64,000 nucleotides of DNA from Cyanobacteriota bacterium (lineage in GTDB: Bacteria > Cyanobacteriota > Cyanobacteriia > Cyanobacteriales > Nostocaceae): the NCBI GenBank assembly GCA_046045965.1, contig JBJOKS010000003.1:32001-96000 (forward strand). Direction: 5' to 3'. The notes beneath the pieces are model-generated. The model was not told the DNA's origin. It worked only from the letters and a program-made list of their open reading frames with translations, and ran no database searches. Below are positions 19,504-29,832 of the stretch, piece after piece; the first letter of the stretch is position 1; the number at the start of each line of letters is the position of its first letter. Made by a program: the position numbers and the translations under genes.

Positions 19504-21000
19504 TTACCTCACAGAAAAAGCCTCACTAAATCTGCGTGTAATTGGCTCAACAATAAACGTCAAAATCGACTTCTTCCTAGTAACAATCTCAGCATTTGCA
19601 GCCATCCCTGGCGTAAATTCCACCTCTTGTCCGCGCACATTCATCGAATGCTTACTTAACTTAATTCGCGTCGGAAAAACTAAACCTAATTTTTCATCAA
19701 CAACCGCATTCGGACTAATTTGTAAAACTTCACCATCAACAACACCAAATTCTTGAAAAGGGAAAGTTGCTAATTTGACCTTTGCTTTCATGTTCTGACG
19801 GATAAATCCTATATCTCTGTTCAGGACTTTCACCTCTAATAACATTTCTTCACCTTCTGGTACAATTGAAAGCAATTCTTCACCAGATTGAACTGGTCCT
19901 TGAGTAGCTTTGATTTTGTAAATTGTTCCCGCTACAGGTGCTTTAATTGTTTCTCCATCTTTTTGCTGTTTAGCTTGTTCTAATTGTCCAGCAACATTAG
20001 CTAATTCTTCTTTTCGTCTATTTATCTGCGTTAAAATTTCACTTTGTCTTTCTGATGCTAAACGTAAACCTTGATTACGAGCAGCTTGATAAGCTTGTTC
20101 TGCTTGGCGAATTTCTTGGTTTTGAGCAGCAATATCTTTTTCTAAAGATGCAACTCGATCTTTTGCTTCTGTAATTCTATTTTTGGCATTAGTTACTTCA
20201 TCTGTCGCTCTAATAATATCTGTATTCGCACGATTTAATCTTTCCTGTGCTTCTAAATAATCAACTCTGGGAACTGCACCTGGATTTAATAAAGTGCGAA
20301 GATTTTCTTCTCTTTTTTGGGCAACATTTAAACTATCTTCAAGTTGAGAACGGATACTTTCGGCATTAACTAAATTAGTTTGAGCATTAATAACACTGGT
20401 TTTCGCACTGGCTAAATTTTCTTGTAAGCGAGTTAAACGAATTTTGGCTTGATTAATAATTGAAAGCTGACGTTGTGCTTCTGCTTCTGCTGCTGCTTTT
20501 TGGGCTTTATAGTCTAATAAACGAGAATTTAACAGTTCATCTTGTAATTTTGTGCCGGCGATTTTTTCACCTTTTCTTTCTGCTTCTAAACGTTGTAAAT
20601 CCTCCTCAATTAGTTTACTAGCTTTAGCCAGTCGGTTAACATCGGTTTGTTGTAAGTTGGGGTCACGTTCAATTAAAACTTGATCTTTGGTAACGCGATC
20701 GCCCTCTTTCACTTTCACTGCTAAAATAGATCCATTACCCAAAGATGTCACAGGTCTAACTTGACTAGAAGCAATTAATTCTCCTGGTGCTGTCGCTACT
20801 TCATCAATTTCAGAAAAATGCGCCCAGGAAATTGCACCAAATACAATAACGCTAATTGTTCCCGCTAATAATCTTGTATAAATTGCTGGTAATTCCTGTA
20901 CAGCTTTACCCAATTCATAAGATAATTGTTCCTCTGGTTTGGCAAATCTTTCTTTGGTTTGACGTGCTTGAACAGCATTTGCAAATAGGGAATATTTCAT
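19504..21000 (-). CDS. HlyD-family membrane fusion protein (type I secretion adaptor)
   Basis: TM helix then IDEVATAPGEL, VKEGDRV, long coiled coil, IKAPVAG, DIGFI..FPFQEFG, PGMAANAEI. Confidence 0.92.
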   Translation of the reverse strand: MKYSLFANAVQARQTKERFAKPEEQLSYELGKAVQELPAIYTRLLAGTISVIVFGAISWAHFSEIDEVATAPGELIASSQVRPVTSLGNGSILAVKVKEGDRVTKDQVLIERDPNLQQTDVNRLAKASKLIEEDLQRLEAERKGEKIAGTKLQDELLNSRLLDYKAQKAAAEAEAQRQLSIINQAKIRLTRLQENLASAKTSVINAQTNLVNAESIRSQLEDSLNVAQKREENLRTLLNPGAVPRVDYLEAQERLNRANTDIIRATDEVTNAKNRITEAKDRVASLEKDIAAQNQEIRQAEQAYQAARNQGLRLASERQSEILTQINRRKEELANVAGQLEQAKQQKDGETIKAPVAGTIYKIKATQGPVQSGEELLSIVPEGEEMLLEVKVLNRDIGFIRQNMKAKVKLATFPFQEFGVVDGEVLQISPNAVVDEKLGLVFPTRIKLSKHSMNVRGQEVEFTPGMAANAEIVTRKKSILTFIVEPITRRFSEAFSVR

Positions 21001-21003
21001 AAT

Positions 21004-21045
21004 TTGTTAGTTGTTAGTTGTTAGTTGTTAGTTGTTAGTTGTCAG
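21004..21045. repeat. STRR heptamer array (TTGTTAG)5 plus one variant
   Basis: Direct reading. Confidence 0.9.
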
Positions 21046-21080
21046 TGGTTTTTTCTTTGCAACTAACCACTGACTAATGA

Positions 21081-21578
21081 CTAAATAGCTAAATAACGGC
21101 GCAAAAAGTTTTCTAAAGTTTCCAATTGAAAGTTATAAATTCTTTCTAAATTGGCGATTTATTCTTATCGAAACCGTTCCGCTAGTGGTAGCAGGTTTGA
21201 TGCTAATCCAGATGGGTGTAAAATATTGTAATCTAAGCCACTACTTTACAGATATCTTTCCACTGCTTGTTTGGTTTTGAACACGGGAGCATCTTCATAT
21301 CCTCTTTCAGCACCTAAAACAGATACAGCATATTGTCGGTAAATGAAGTACAAATATTAATAGTATCAGTCTTGTGGGGTGGGCATCTTGCCCGCCCTTG
21401 TGTACCTCATTATCATCAAATTTGCTGTATAAAGACAAAATGTTCAACACTCTGGACTTTAGCCTGGTCAATTAGTTCAATATTAGCGCGATCATCCCAA
21501 GATAGAGCATCATTATTAGAACCGTGGACGCTAATTATATATTTCACTTCTTGACAAGCTTGCTGCATATCTTGTTGA
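21081..21578 (-). pseudogene. Decayed NmrA/SDR-family NAD(P)-binding oxidoreductase
   Basis: Minus-strand fragments ..QACQEVKYIISVHGS..RANIELIDQAK..HFVFI | SVLGAERGYEDAPVFKTKQAVERYL*SSGLDYNILHPSGLASNLL.. | IANLERIYNFQLETLENFLRRYLAI*; MITE insertion, in-frame stop, internal deletion, 5' end missing. Confidence 0.8.
21326..21427. mobile_element. ~100-bp MITE inserted at a duplicated TA (IS630/Tc1-type signature)
   Basis: TA-CAGCA...TGCTG-TA; internal hairpin GGGTGGGCATCTTGCCCGCCC; removing the element plus one TA restores GTC TTT ATA TCT GTT TTA (VFISVL). Confidence 0.85.
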
Positions 21579-21735
21579 TACCGCAAATTCCTCAAATCAA
21601 AACTTAGAGAATTTTCCTGAGAATAAATATATTGGATTTAAATGGGAATCTGTCGCCAAAATATTCTACAACTGAAGTAGAATCACTCAAAACCCTAGTG
21701 CTATCTTAGCTCCATAACATTAAGGAATTTGCATC

Positions 21736-23838
21736 ATGTTGAAAATTTTTGCAGACAGAGGCGGTACATTTACAGATATTGTTGCTGTCACCAATAATCA
21801 AACAATTATAGACAGACTCTCAAATTTTACAGCACGTTTTTTAATTGTCCCACTGCCTAACCAGGAATGGGTAATAGTCTATAAATTACTGTCAGAAAAT
21901 CCTGAACTATATCAGGATGCAGTTATCCAGGGAATTCGGGATATTATGGGAATTGCTGCTAATGAACCTATCCCCTATCAAAATATAGAAGTAGTGAAAA
22001 TGGGAACAACAGTAGCTACAAATGCACTGTTAGAAAGACATGGCGATAGTGTAGTTTTGCTGATTACTAAAGGTTTTAAAGATGCCTTAAGAATAGGCTA
22101 TCAAAACCGCCCCAATATCTTCGCACGTCAAATTATTTTACCTACCATGCTTTATGAACAAGTAATAGAAGTAGAGGAAAGATATGATGCTCAAGGCAAG
22201 GAATTAATACCTGTAAATATTGCAGAGGTAAGACAAGATTTACAAACAGTTTACAACACAGGAATTAGAAGTTGTGCCATTGTATTTATGCACAGCGATC
22301 GCTATCCCCAACATGAACAACAAGTAGCCCGAATTGCCGAAGAAATCGGATTTACACAAATTTCTGTATCCCATCAAGTAAGTCCATTAATGAAACTCGT
22401 AAGTAGAGGAGATACCACTGTTGTTGATGCCTATTTAACTCCTATTCTTCGTCGCTATGTTAACCAAGTAGCTAGTCATTTATTCAACGTTAGATTAATG
22501 TTTATGAAATCCGATGGAGGGTTAACTGACGCAGAAAAATTTCAAGGTAAAGATAGCATTTTAAGTGGTCCTGCTGGTGGTATTGTCGGTGCTGTTCAAA
22601 CTAGCAAAAGAGCAGGTTTTGATTTAGTTATTACCTTTGATATGGGAGGAACAAGTACAGATGTTGCTCACTTTAAAGGAGAATATGAAAGACAATTAGA
22701 TTCAGAAATTGCCGGTGCGCGGATGCGAGTTCCTGTATTAGCAATTAATACAATTGCTGCGGGTGGTGGTTCAATTTTATATTTTGATGGTTCTAGTTAT
22801 CGTGTTGGTCCAGAGTCTGCTGGATCAAATCCTGGACCCGCTTCCTATCGACGTGGAGGACCATTAACTGTGACAGATGCTAACGTCATGTTAGGCAAAA
22901 TTCAACCTCAATATTTTCCCGCAGTTTTTGGTAATGAAGGTAAATTACCGCTAGATAAAGAAATCGTAATTCACAAGTTTACACAATTAGCTGAAGATAT
23001 TGCATCTGTCACCGGAAATTATCAAAATCCTGAAAAAGTAGCATCAGGTTTTATTGCTATTGCTGTGGAAAATATGGCAAATGCTATCAAAAAAATCAGC
23101 CTTCAAAGAGGTTATGATGTTAGCAACTATGTACTTTGTTGTTTTGGTGGTGCAGGTGGACAAGTTGCTTGTTTAATTGCTGATACTTTAGGAATGAAAA
23201 AGATATTTCTTCACCCTTTTGCTGGTGTGCTTTCTGCTTATGGAATGGGTTTGGCTGATGTGAGAGCTACCAGGGTTACAGGAGTAGAACAACATTTAAA
23301 TCAAACACTCATTCCTCAATTACAGCAGTTAATGGCAGCTTTAGAAAACCAAGCACGGAGGGAGTTAAACCAAACAGAAAACACGAAATTGGAAGAAGAA
23401 TTAGTTAAAAAAGTGAATTTAAAATATGAGGGTACTAATTCAATTTTAATAATTGATTTTAACTCAGATGTGGCATTAATGCAACAGAATTTTGAAAAAG
23501 AGCATAAATCAAGATACGGTTTTATTCAAACCGAAAAATTCTTAATTATTGAATCTATTTCTGTAGAAGTAATCCAAAAAATGGATACTCCTGAAGAACC
23601 CGTAATCATTCGTCAACTCCCAATAGAGGAAACACCCCAACCTATAGAAATAGTCCAGATGTTTACTGCTAAAAAATGGCATGAAACTCCAGTTTATCGT
23701 CGAGAAGATTTACAACCAGGAGATACTATAAATGGTGCTGCAATTATTGTCGAAAAAATCAGCACAATTGTAGTTGAACCTAATTGGCAAGCAAAATTAA
23801 CAGAACGAAATCATTTAATCTTAGAACGTTTGGTTTAA
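21736..23838 (+). CDS. Hydantoinase A / 5-oxoprolinase N-terminal subunit
   Basis: DRGGTFTD, MGTTVATNALLER, SGPAGG, DMGGTSTDV, IAAGGGS, FGGAGGQ. Confidence 0.93.
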   Translation: MLKIFADRGGTFTDIVAVTNNQTIIDRLSNFTARFLIVPLPNQEWVIVYKLLSENPELYQDAVIQGIRDIMGIAANEPIPYQNIEVVKMGTTVATNALLERHGDSVVLLITKGFKDALRIGYQNRPNIFARQIILPTMLYEQVIEVEERYDAQGKELIPVNIAEVRQDLQTVYNTGIRSCAIVFMHSDRYPQHEQQVARIAEEIGFTQISVSHQVSPLMKLVSRGDTTVVDAYLTPILRRYVNQVASHLFNVRLMFMKSDGGLTDAEKFQGKDSILSGPAGGIVGAVQTSKRAGFDLVITFDMGGTSTDVAHFKGEYERQLDSEIAGARMRVPVLAINTIAAGGGSILYFDGSSYRVGPESAGSNPGPASYRRGGPLTVTDANVMLGKIQPQYFPAVFGNEGKLPLDKEIVIHKFTQLAEDIASVTGNYQNPEKVASGFIAIAVENMANAIKKISLQRGYDVSNYVLCCFGGAGGQVACLIADTLGMKKIFLHPFAGVLSAYGMGLADVRATRVTGVEQHLNQTLIPQLQQLMAALENQARRELNQTENTKLEEELVKKVNLKYEGTNSILIIDFNSDVALMQQNFEKEHKSRYGFIQTEKFLIIESISVEVIQKMDTPEEPVIIRQLPIEETPQPIEIVQMFTAKKWHETPVYRREDLQPGDTINGAAIIVEKISTIVVEPNWQAKLTERNHLILERLV

Positions 23839-23898
23839 TGACTTTGTAGCAACTGTAATTAATGCTAAAATCAATAAATAACTACTTGGTATCATATC

Positions 23899-24603
23899 AT
23901 GATGATTACTCAAGAATTAGTATCTCCAGAAAACTTCTTTCCAGAAGATTTAACTTTTCCTCCCAGTGACTTATATAGTGATGAACCTCCCGTGGAAACA
24001 GAACTGCATCTAGAGCAAATTATGCTCTTAATCAAATGTCTGAAATGGTTATGGAAAGAAAAAAATGATTTCTATGCAGCAGGAAATCTGAGTATTTACT
24101 ATAGTCCTCACCAAAAGAAAACCGAAAATTTTCGAGGGCCTGATTTTTTTGTAGTTTTAGGAACAGAGAGAAAGACTCGTAAAAGTTGGGTAGTGTGGGA
24201 AGAAAATGGTAAATATCCTCATGTAATTGTGGAAATTCTCTCACCTACTACCGCAAGAACTGATAGAGAAGCTAAAAAAGAACTGTATCAAGAAACTTTC
24301 CGTACACCGGAATATTTTTGGTTTGATCCTTATACCTTAGAATTTGCAGGGTTTCATTTAGTAGATGGTAAATATCAACCCATAGAACCTAACGAAAAAG
24401 GACATTTATGGAGTGAACAACTAGGTTTGTATTTGGGAATTCATGAGGGTTTATTACGTTATTTTACACCAGAAGGAAATTTAGTACCCACACCTGAAGA
24501 AACCGCAGAATTAGAAGTTAAAAGAGCAGAACGTGAAACTCAACGAGCAGAACGTTTAGCAGCAAAATTGCGGGAATTAAATATTAACCCAGATACGATT
24601 TAA
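23899..24603 (+). CDS. Uma2-family (PD-(D/E)xK) endonuclease-like protein
   Basis: SDEPPVETELHLEQ, FRGPDFFVV, IVEILSPTT, EYFWFDP, AERLAAKLRELNINP. Confidence 0.9.
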   Translation: MMITQELVSPENFFPEDLTFPPSDLYSDEPPVETELHLEQIMLLIKCLKWLWKEKNDFYAAGNLSIYYSPHQKKTENFRGPDFFVVLGTERKTRKSWVVWEENGKYPHVIVEILSPTTARTDREAKKELYQETFRTPEYFWFDPYTLEFAGFHLVDGKYQPIEPNEKGHLWSEQLGLYLGIHEGLLRYFTPEGNLVPTPEETAELEVKRAERETQRAERLAAKLRELNINPDTI

Positions 24604-24687
24604 AAACAATTTGTAGGTTGGGTTGACGCAAATAAACCCAACATACCACAACATACCAATTATTTTGAAGTTAACTATAGGTGAAAA

Positions 24688-26229
24688 ATGTACACGACAT
24701 CTCAACCAGATCCAGTTCGTTTAGAAATATTCAAAAATCTCTATCAGTTTATCGCGGAACAAATGGGAATTGTTCTGCAAAATACAGCAACATCAGTCAA
24801 TATTAAAGAACGGCTAGATTTTTCCTGTGCTATTTTTGATGCTTCTGGTTTATTAGTTGCTAATGCTCCCCATATTCCTGTACATTTAGGCTCAATGAGT
24901 GAAAGTGTCCGCAGTTTAATTAATGATCAAATAGACAATATTAAACCAGGAAATGTTTATTTATCAAATAACCCCTATAACGGTGGCACACATCTCCCTG
25001 ATGTCACAGCTATTACCCCAATTTTTGATGAGGAAAACAAACAAATTATATTCTATGTTGCTTCCCGTGGACACCAAGCAGATATCGGTGGTATTACTCC
25101 TGGTTCTATGCCTCCTCACAGTACCACAGTAGCAGAAGAAGGAATTATTTTTGATAATTTTCTCTTAGTTAAAGAAGGAGATTTTCAAGAAGCAACCGTG
25201 AGAAATTATTTGTTAAATCATCCCTATCCTAGTCGTAACCCGGATCAAAATATAGCTGATTTTAAAGCTCAAATTGCTGCTAATGAAAGGGGTGTTCAAG
25301 AACTTGGTAAAATAGTCAATAAATATGGGATTGAAACAGTTAAAGCTTATATGCAGTTTGTCCAAGATAATGCTGAAGAATCTGTGAGACGAGCAATTGA
25401 TGTTTTAAAAGATGGGTCATTTATTTATGAAATGGATAGCGGTGCAGAAATTCAAGTTCAGGTGACAATTGACCGAAAAAATCGCTGTGCTAAGATTGAT
25501 TTTACTGGTACATCTGCACAGTTAAATAGTAATTTCAATGCTCCCAAAGCTGTAACTCAAGCTGCGGTTTTATATGTATTTAGAACTTTGGTTGATGATA
25601 ATATTCCTCTCAATGCTGGTTGTCTCAAACCTTTAGAAATTATTATTCCTGAAGGTTGTATGTTAAACCCAATTTATCCCGCAGCAGTAGTAGCAGGTAA
25701 TGTGGAAACTTCCCAAACTATAGTTGATGCTTTATATGGTGCTTTGGGTGTGATGGCAGCTTCCCAAGGAACTATGAATAATTTTACTTTTGGTAATCAA
25801 AAATATCAATATTATGAAACCATTTGTGGTGGTTCTGGTGCAGGAATTGATTTTGATGGAACTGATGCAGTGCATACCCACATGACTAACTCTCGTTTGA
25901 CTGATCCTGAAGTTTTAGAAACTCGTTATCCTGTGCTGGTGGAAAGTTTTAGTTTGCGTCCCCATAGCGGAGGAAAAGGAAAATATTCAGGAGGTGATGG
26001 GGTCATTCGTCGCATTAAGTTTTTAGAAAAAATGACTGCAAATATTCTTTCTAACCATCGTTTAGTTCCTCCTTTTGGCTTAAATGGTGCAGCAGCAGGA
26101 CAGGTAGGACGTAACTGGGTACAACGTCAAAATGGCACTGAAGAAATTTTAGATAGTACCGCAACTGTAGAAATGCAACCAGGGGATATTTTTGTGATCG
26201 AAACTCCAGGGGGTGGGGGTTTTGGATAA
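24688..26229 (+). CDS. Hydantoinase B / 5-oxoprolinase C-terminal subunit
   Basis: [52 protein letters not shown]. Confidence 0.93.
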   Translation: MYTTSQPDPVRLEIFKNLYQFIAEQMGIVLQNTATSVNIKERLDFSCAIFDASGLLVANAPHIPVHLGSMSESVRSLINDQIDNIKPGNVYLSNNPYNGGTHLPDVTAITPIFDEENKQIIFYVASRGHQADIGGITPGSMPPHSTTVAEEGIIFDNFLLVKEGDFQEATVRNYLLNHPYPSRNPDQNIADFKAQIAANERGVQELGKIVNKYGIETVKAYMQFVQDNAEESVRRAIDVLKDGSFIYEMDSGAEIQVQVTIDRKNRCAKIDFTGTSAQLNSNFNAPKAVTQAAVLYVFRTLVDDNIPLNAGCLKPLEIIIPEGCMLNPIYPAAVVAGNVETSQTIVDALYGALGVMAASQGTMNNFTFGNQKYQYYETICGGSGAGIDFDGTDAVHTHMTNSRLTDPEVLETRYPVLVESFSLRPHSGGKGKYSGGDGVIRRIKFLEKMTANILSNHRLVPPFGLNGAAAGQVGRNWVQRQNGTEEILDSTATVEMQPGDIFVIETPGGGGFG

Positions 26230-26411
26230 TACTCATATCCCCGAATTCTCAACAAAACCGGGGAATTATCTCATTTAAATTAAACATTTTGTGATACATT
26301 AACACCAGCTACTTTGGAGGGAATGATCATGCCATAGTAAGCAGCAGCGATCGCTTTCAGGGTTATGAGTTAATGCGATCACTTAAAATTTTATTCCGCA
26401 AGCTGTTCCAA

Positions 26412-27194
26412 CTAAAACTCTACAACCACCGGCGTATGATCACTAGGTTGTTCTAACTTCCTTGGTGCAACATCAATAATGCAACTTTGAGCGCGTTCAT
26501 AAACAACAGGTGTTAAATAATGATGGTCTATTCTCCATCCTAAATTCCTTCTAAAAGCCGCAGTCCGATAATCCCACCAACTATAATTTCCCCCTTCACT
26601 ATTAAACTTCCTAAAAGCATCAGCAAAACCCAGTGAAAGAATATCTCTTAAAGCTTGGCGTTCTGGTTCTGATGCCATAATATGATTTTCTATTTTCACT
26701 TTGTCATTAATATCAATATCTTCCAAAGCAATATTAAAGTCACCACACATAGAAATAGTAGGATTTGACAACAACAGCATCTGCAAATATTTCCGCAAAA
26801 CTGTTAACCACCGCAGTTTATATTCATATTTCTCACTTCCCACAGCCGAACCATTCGGAACGTAAAGATTAACAATTCTCACTCCATCAATAACACCAGT
26901 AATGACCCGCTTTTGCTCGTCCCATTGTGGGTCTAGTTCTGGTAAAATTGCCGCGAAACCCATACTCACATCTTCCAGTGGTTGACGACTAACCAGCGCA
27001 ACGCCATTATAAGCTTTCTGACCGTAAATATAAGGATGATAGCCTAAGTTTTCAAAGGGAACTAGGGGAAAATCCTTATCTACAACCTTCGTTTCCTGCA
27101 AACAGAGGACATCAACAGGATTTTCACTTAACCAGTTGATAACCTGCCCTAAACGTGTACGAATTGAATTAACATTCCAAGTAGCGATTTTCAT
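26412..27194 (-). CDS. xth: Exodeoxyribonuclease III
   Basis: KIATWNVNS, LQETK, YNGVA, GDFNIA, WWDYR, GWRIDH, SDHTPV. Confidence 0.95.
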   Translation of the reverse strand: MKIATWNVNSIRTRLGQVINWLSENPVDVLCLQETKVVDKDFPLVPFENLGYHPYIYGQKAYNGVALVSRQPLEDVSMGFAAILPELDPQWDEQKRVITGVIDGVRIVNLYVPNGSAVGSEKYEYKLRWLTVLRKYLQMLLLSNPTISMCGDFNIALEDIDINDKVKIENHIMASEPERQALRDILSLGFADAFRKFNSEGGNYSWWDYRTAAFRRNLGWRIDHHYLTPVVYERAQSCIIDVAPRKLEQPSDHTPVVVEF

Positions 27195-27336
27195 GAATTA
27201 CTTATCAGTAGGTTAGTAAATTAAGAAATATAAAATCTGTTAATTTTTTGTAAACATTTTTGATTGTTAATTTTTTTGTTCTACCTCCCATTCACGCCAA
27301 AATAAGCTATAAGTAATTGATCCCTGCTGTAAATTC

Positions 27337-27380
27337 GTATTTGCAAATACAAAAAAAGGAAAAATTGTAAGTTAGACTAC
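27337..27380. promoter_or_regulatory. Two tandem NtcA-type boxes (GTA-N8-TAC)
   Basis: GTATTTGCAAATAC at 27337-27350 (perfect palindrome) and tGTAAGTTAGACTACa at 27367-27380. Confidence 0.55.
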
Positions 27381-27857
27381 AGAATATTCTAATTGAATAT
27401 GATCCCCAAGATAGATGAAAATACTAAATCCTTGGTATTTATTTAATAATAATGTTAATTGTCAACTATTACTGATACAGTGACATTATATATTAGTGAG
27501 TGAGTTGATAGTACAGTTAACCGAAATTACACTTTTACAAGTCAGAAAAGTTAACTGAAATTTGGGCGGAGTAAGTACAAATGTTTTGGTTTTGTCCTCA
27601 TAAAATGATGCCAGGGATGTCAGGGTTAGTAAAAGGTGATGTCAAATCAATCTATATGATGTTGACATTCTTTGTAGACCAAACCAAGAATCGCAATATT
27701 TAGCATATTTATGTGAATTTTTACCAGAAAATATCCCAAAATATGCAAATTTTGTCACCAAACAGAGTGGTTGGCGATTTAACAGATACATCCATTTGAG
27801 TTTAATCAAATTTTTTTGCCTGATTACAACAACAAAATTTTTTAGGAGGACATTGGA

Positions 27858-28052
27858 ATGAGTAATAGAGCCAACACTTGCCCGTGCTGCGGTGGATCAA
27901 TACTGCGTCATATCCGTCATGGTGAACTGTATTGGTTTTGCCTGTCGTGCCGCCAAGAAGTACCACTATTAACAATTAGTCGCTTATCGAATCATTTGGA
28001 AAACCGTAACACAGGAGTAGTTACTCCGTCTGCGGTTAATTCAGTAGAGTAG
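27858..28052 (+). CDS. Small Zn-ribbon-like protein
   Basis: CPCC..LRH..YWFCLSCRQE; strong AGGAGG RBS. Confidence 0.75.
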   Translation: MSNRANTCPCCGGSILRHIRHGELYWFCLSCRQEVPLLTISRLSNHLENRNTGVVTPSAVNSVE

Positions 28053-28173
28053 AGTGGTAAACGATACATATCGCTTCCGCTTTGGTTTGAAATTTGTTAC
28101 CAAAAAAGCTGATAACGTCATGCTGATGTGGATATGATGGAAAAGTAAATAAAACTTAAATAAAAGTTATCAA

Positions 28174-29532
28174 ATGCTGACTCACTCCTCTGGCTTGTCC
28201 AAGGTCAAAGACTCAGTAACCACAAAAATTCTCTTAGGTAATGAACCTAAGCCAGAATTAATGGCAATTTTAGCAGTCTACTTTGTCCAAGGCATATTAG
28301 GGTTAGCACGTCTAGCCGTTAGCTTTTTCCTGAAAGATGAATTACATCTGAGTCCAGTTGAGGTATCAGCACTGTTGGGAATAGTCGCCCTACCTTGGAT
28401 GATTAAGCCATTATTTGGCTTTATTTCCGATGGTTTGCCCATATTTGGCTATCGTCGCCGTCCCTATTTAGTGTTATCTGGGATACTGGGGTCTGCTGCT
28501 TGGGTAAGTTTGGGTACTATAGTTCATAGTAGCTGGGGTGCAACAATAGCGATCGCCCTATCTTCCCTTTCCGTTGCCTTCAGTGATGTTATAGTTGACT
28601 CCCTCGTTGTCGAACGTGCCAGAGCAGAATCTCAAGCCAAAGCCGGTTCTCTACAATCTCTGTGTTGGGGTTCTACCGCCGTAGGTGGTTTAATTACAGC
28701 TTATTTTAGCGGGGTGCTACTAGAATATTTCACAACTCGCGCCGTATTTCTAGTCACCGCTTTATTTCCGCTAATTATCTCAATAGTAGCTTGGTTAATC
28801 AGTGAAATACCTATTAACAAAGATACCCAACAGCATCATCAGAATCATCCTCTCAGCATCCCAACTCAACTAAAACAAGTACGCCAAGCCTTTACCCAAA
28901 AAGCAATTTGGCTCCCCACCGCATTTATCTTTCTCTGGCAATCTACCCCTAGTGGAGAAGCAGCATTTTTCTACTTTTTCACCAACGAACTGCACTTTGC
29001 ACCAGAATTTTTAGGCAGAGTACATTTAGTCACAAGTTTAGCCTCACTAATTGGGATTTGGATTTTCCAACGTTTCCTAAAAAATGTTCCTTTTCGGATA
29101 ATTTGTGGTTGGAGTATCTTCATTTCCGCAGCATTGAGAATGACAATGTTACTGTTAGTAACACACACAAATAGAGCTTTAGGAATAGATGACCATTGGT
29201 TTAGTTTAGGAGATAGCTTAATTCTTGCCGTCATGGGACAAATTGCATTTATGCCCGTGATGGTATTAGCAGCAAGAATTTGTCCCTTGGGAATAGAAGC
29301 AACATTATTTGCCCTCTTAATGTCAATCTTCAATTTAGGCGGAGCTATTTCCAGAGAGTTTGGGGCATTAATTATGCACTGGTTAGGCATTACTGAAACT
29401 AACTTTGATAGCCTATGGCTATTAATAATTATCACTAATTTTATCGCCCTTTTCCCACTGCTATTTCTCAACTTTTTGCCAGAGACTGAAGAAACAGAAA
29501 TTCCCGTATTTGCAGCCAATAAGCATGAATAA
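28174..29532 (+). CDS. Folate/biopterin (BT1) MFS transporter
   Basis: YFVQG, LPWMIKPLFGFISDGLPIFGYRRRPY, CPLGIEATLFALLMS; about 12 TM segments. Confidence 0.92.
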   Translation: MLTHSSGLSKVKDSVTTKILLGNEPKPELMAILAVYFVQGILGLARLAVSFFLKDELHLSPVEVSALLGIVALPWMIKPLFGFISDGLPIFGYRRRPYLVLSGILGSAAWVSLGTIVHSSWGATIAIALSSLSVAFSDVIVDSLVVERARAESQAKAGSLQSLCWGSTAVGGLITAYFSGVLLEYFTTRAVFLVTALFPLIISIVAWLISEIPINKDTQQHHQNHPLSIPTQLKQVRQAFTQKAIWLPTAFIFLWQSTPSGEAAFFYFFTNELHFAPEFLGRVHLVTSLASLIGIWIFQRFLKNVPFRIICGWSIFISAALRMTMLLLVTHTNRALGIDDHWFSLGDSLILAVMGQIAFMPVMVLAARICPLGIEATLFALLMSIFNLGGAISREFGALIMHWLGITETNFDSLWLLIIITNFIALFPLLFLNFLPETEETEIPVFAANKHE

Positions 29533-29632
29533 TTAACTCAAAATTCAGGAGTCATAATAATTGTCAAATCAGGAATTAACCAATTCGAGATTTTCTCAAC
29601 AATATTACTTATAATTCTCAAAGTCTAAATTT

Positions 29633-29725
29633 ATACTCTTTGGGCGATTATATCGCGGCTACACAGACAAAACCCACCAAGGTGGACTTCGCTTGTGTAG
29701 TAGCGAATTATATTCGCCGAAAACT
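29633..29725. repeat. Repeat family B, short internally deleted form
   Basis: Matches 124-256 but lacks about 40 nt between the two CCAC..GTGG hairpins. Confidence 0.75.
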
Positions 29726-29733
29726 AAAAAATT

Positions 29734-29747
29734 GTAACAAAAACTAC
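29734..29747 (+). promoter_or_regulatory. NtcA-binding site upstream of gdhA
   Basis: tGTAACAAAAACTACa matches GTA-N8-TAC with A/T-rich flanks, 85 nt before the ATG. Confidence 0.65.
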
Positions 29748-29832
29748 AAAATTGCTATTTGTTGAAAAAAAACAGGGTAAGCTAACCATACATATCCGGT
29801 TCACCAAAATACCGTGATGAGGAGTAAATGTT

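Noticed and set aside
21333..21554. 73-aa + strand ORF
   Set aside because: Antisense to the SDR pseudogene and spans the MITE
26289..26304. Possible NtcA/CRP box TGTGATACATTAACA
   Set aside because: Spacing does not fit GTA-N8-TAC and no gene starts downstream
28971..29519. 182-aa minus-strand ORF and other short antisense ORFs in the track
   Set aside because: Fully antisense to confident genes, with no recognisable motifs
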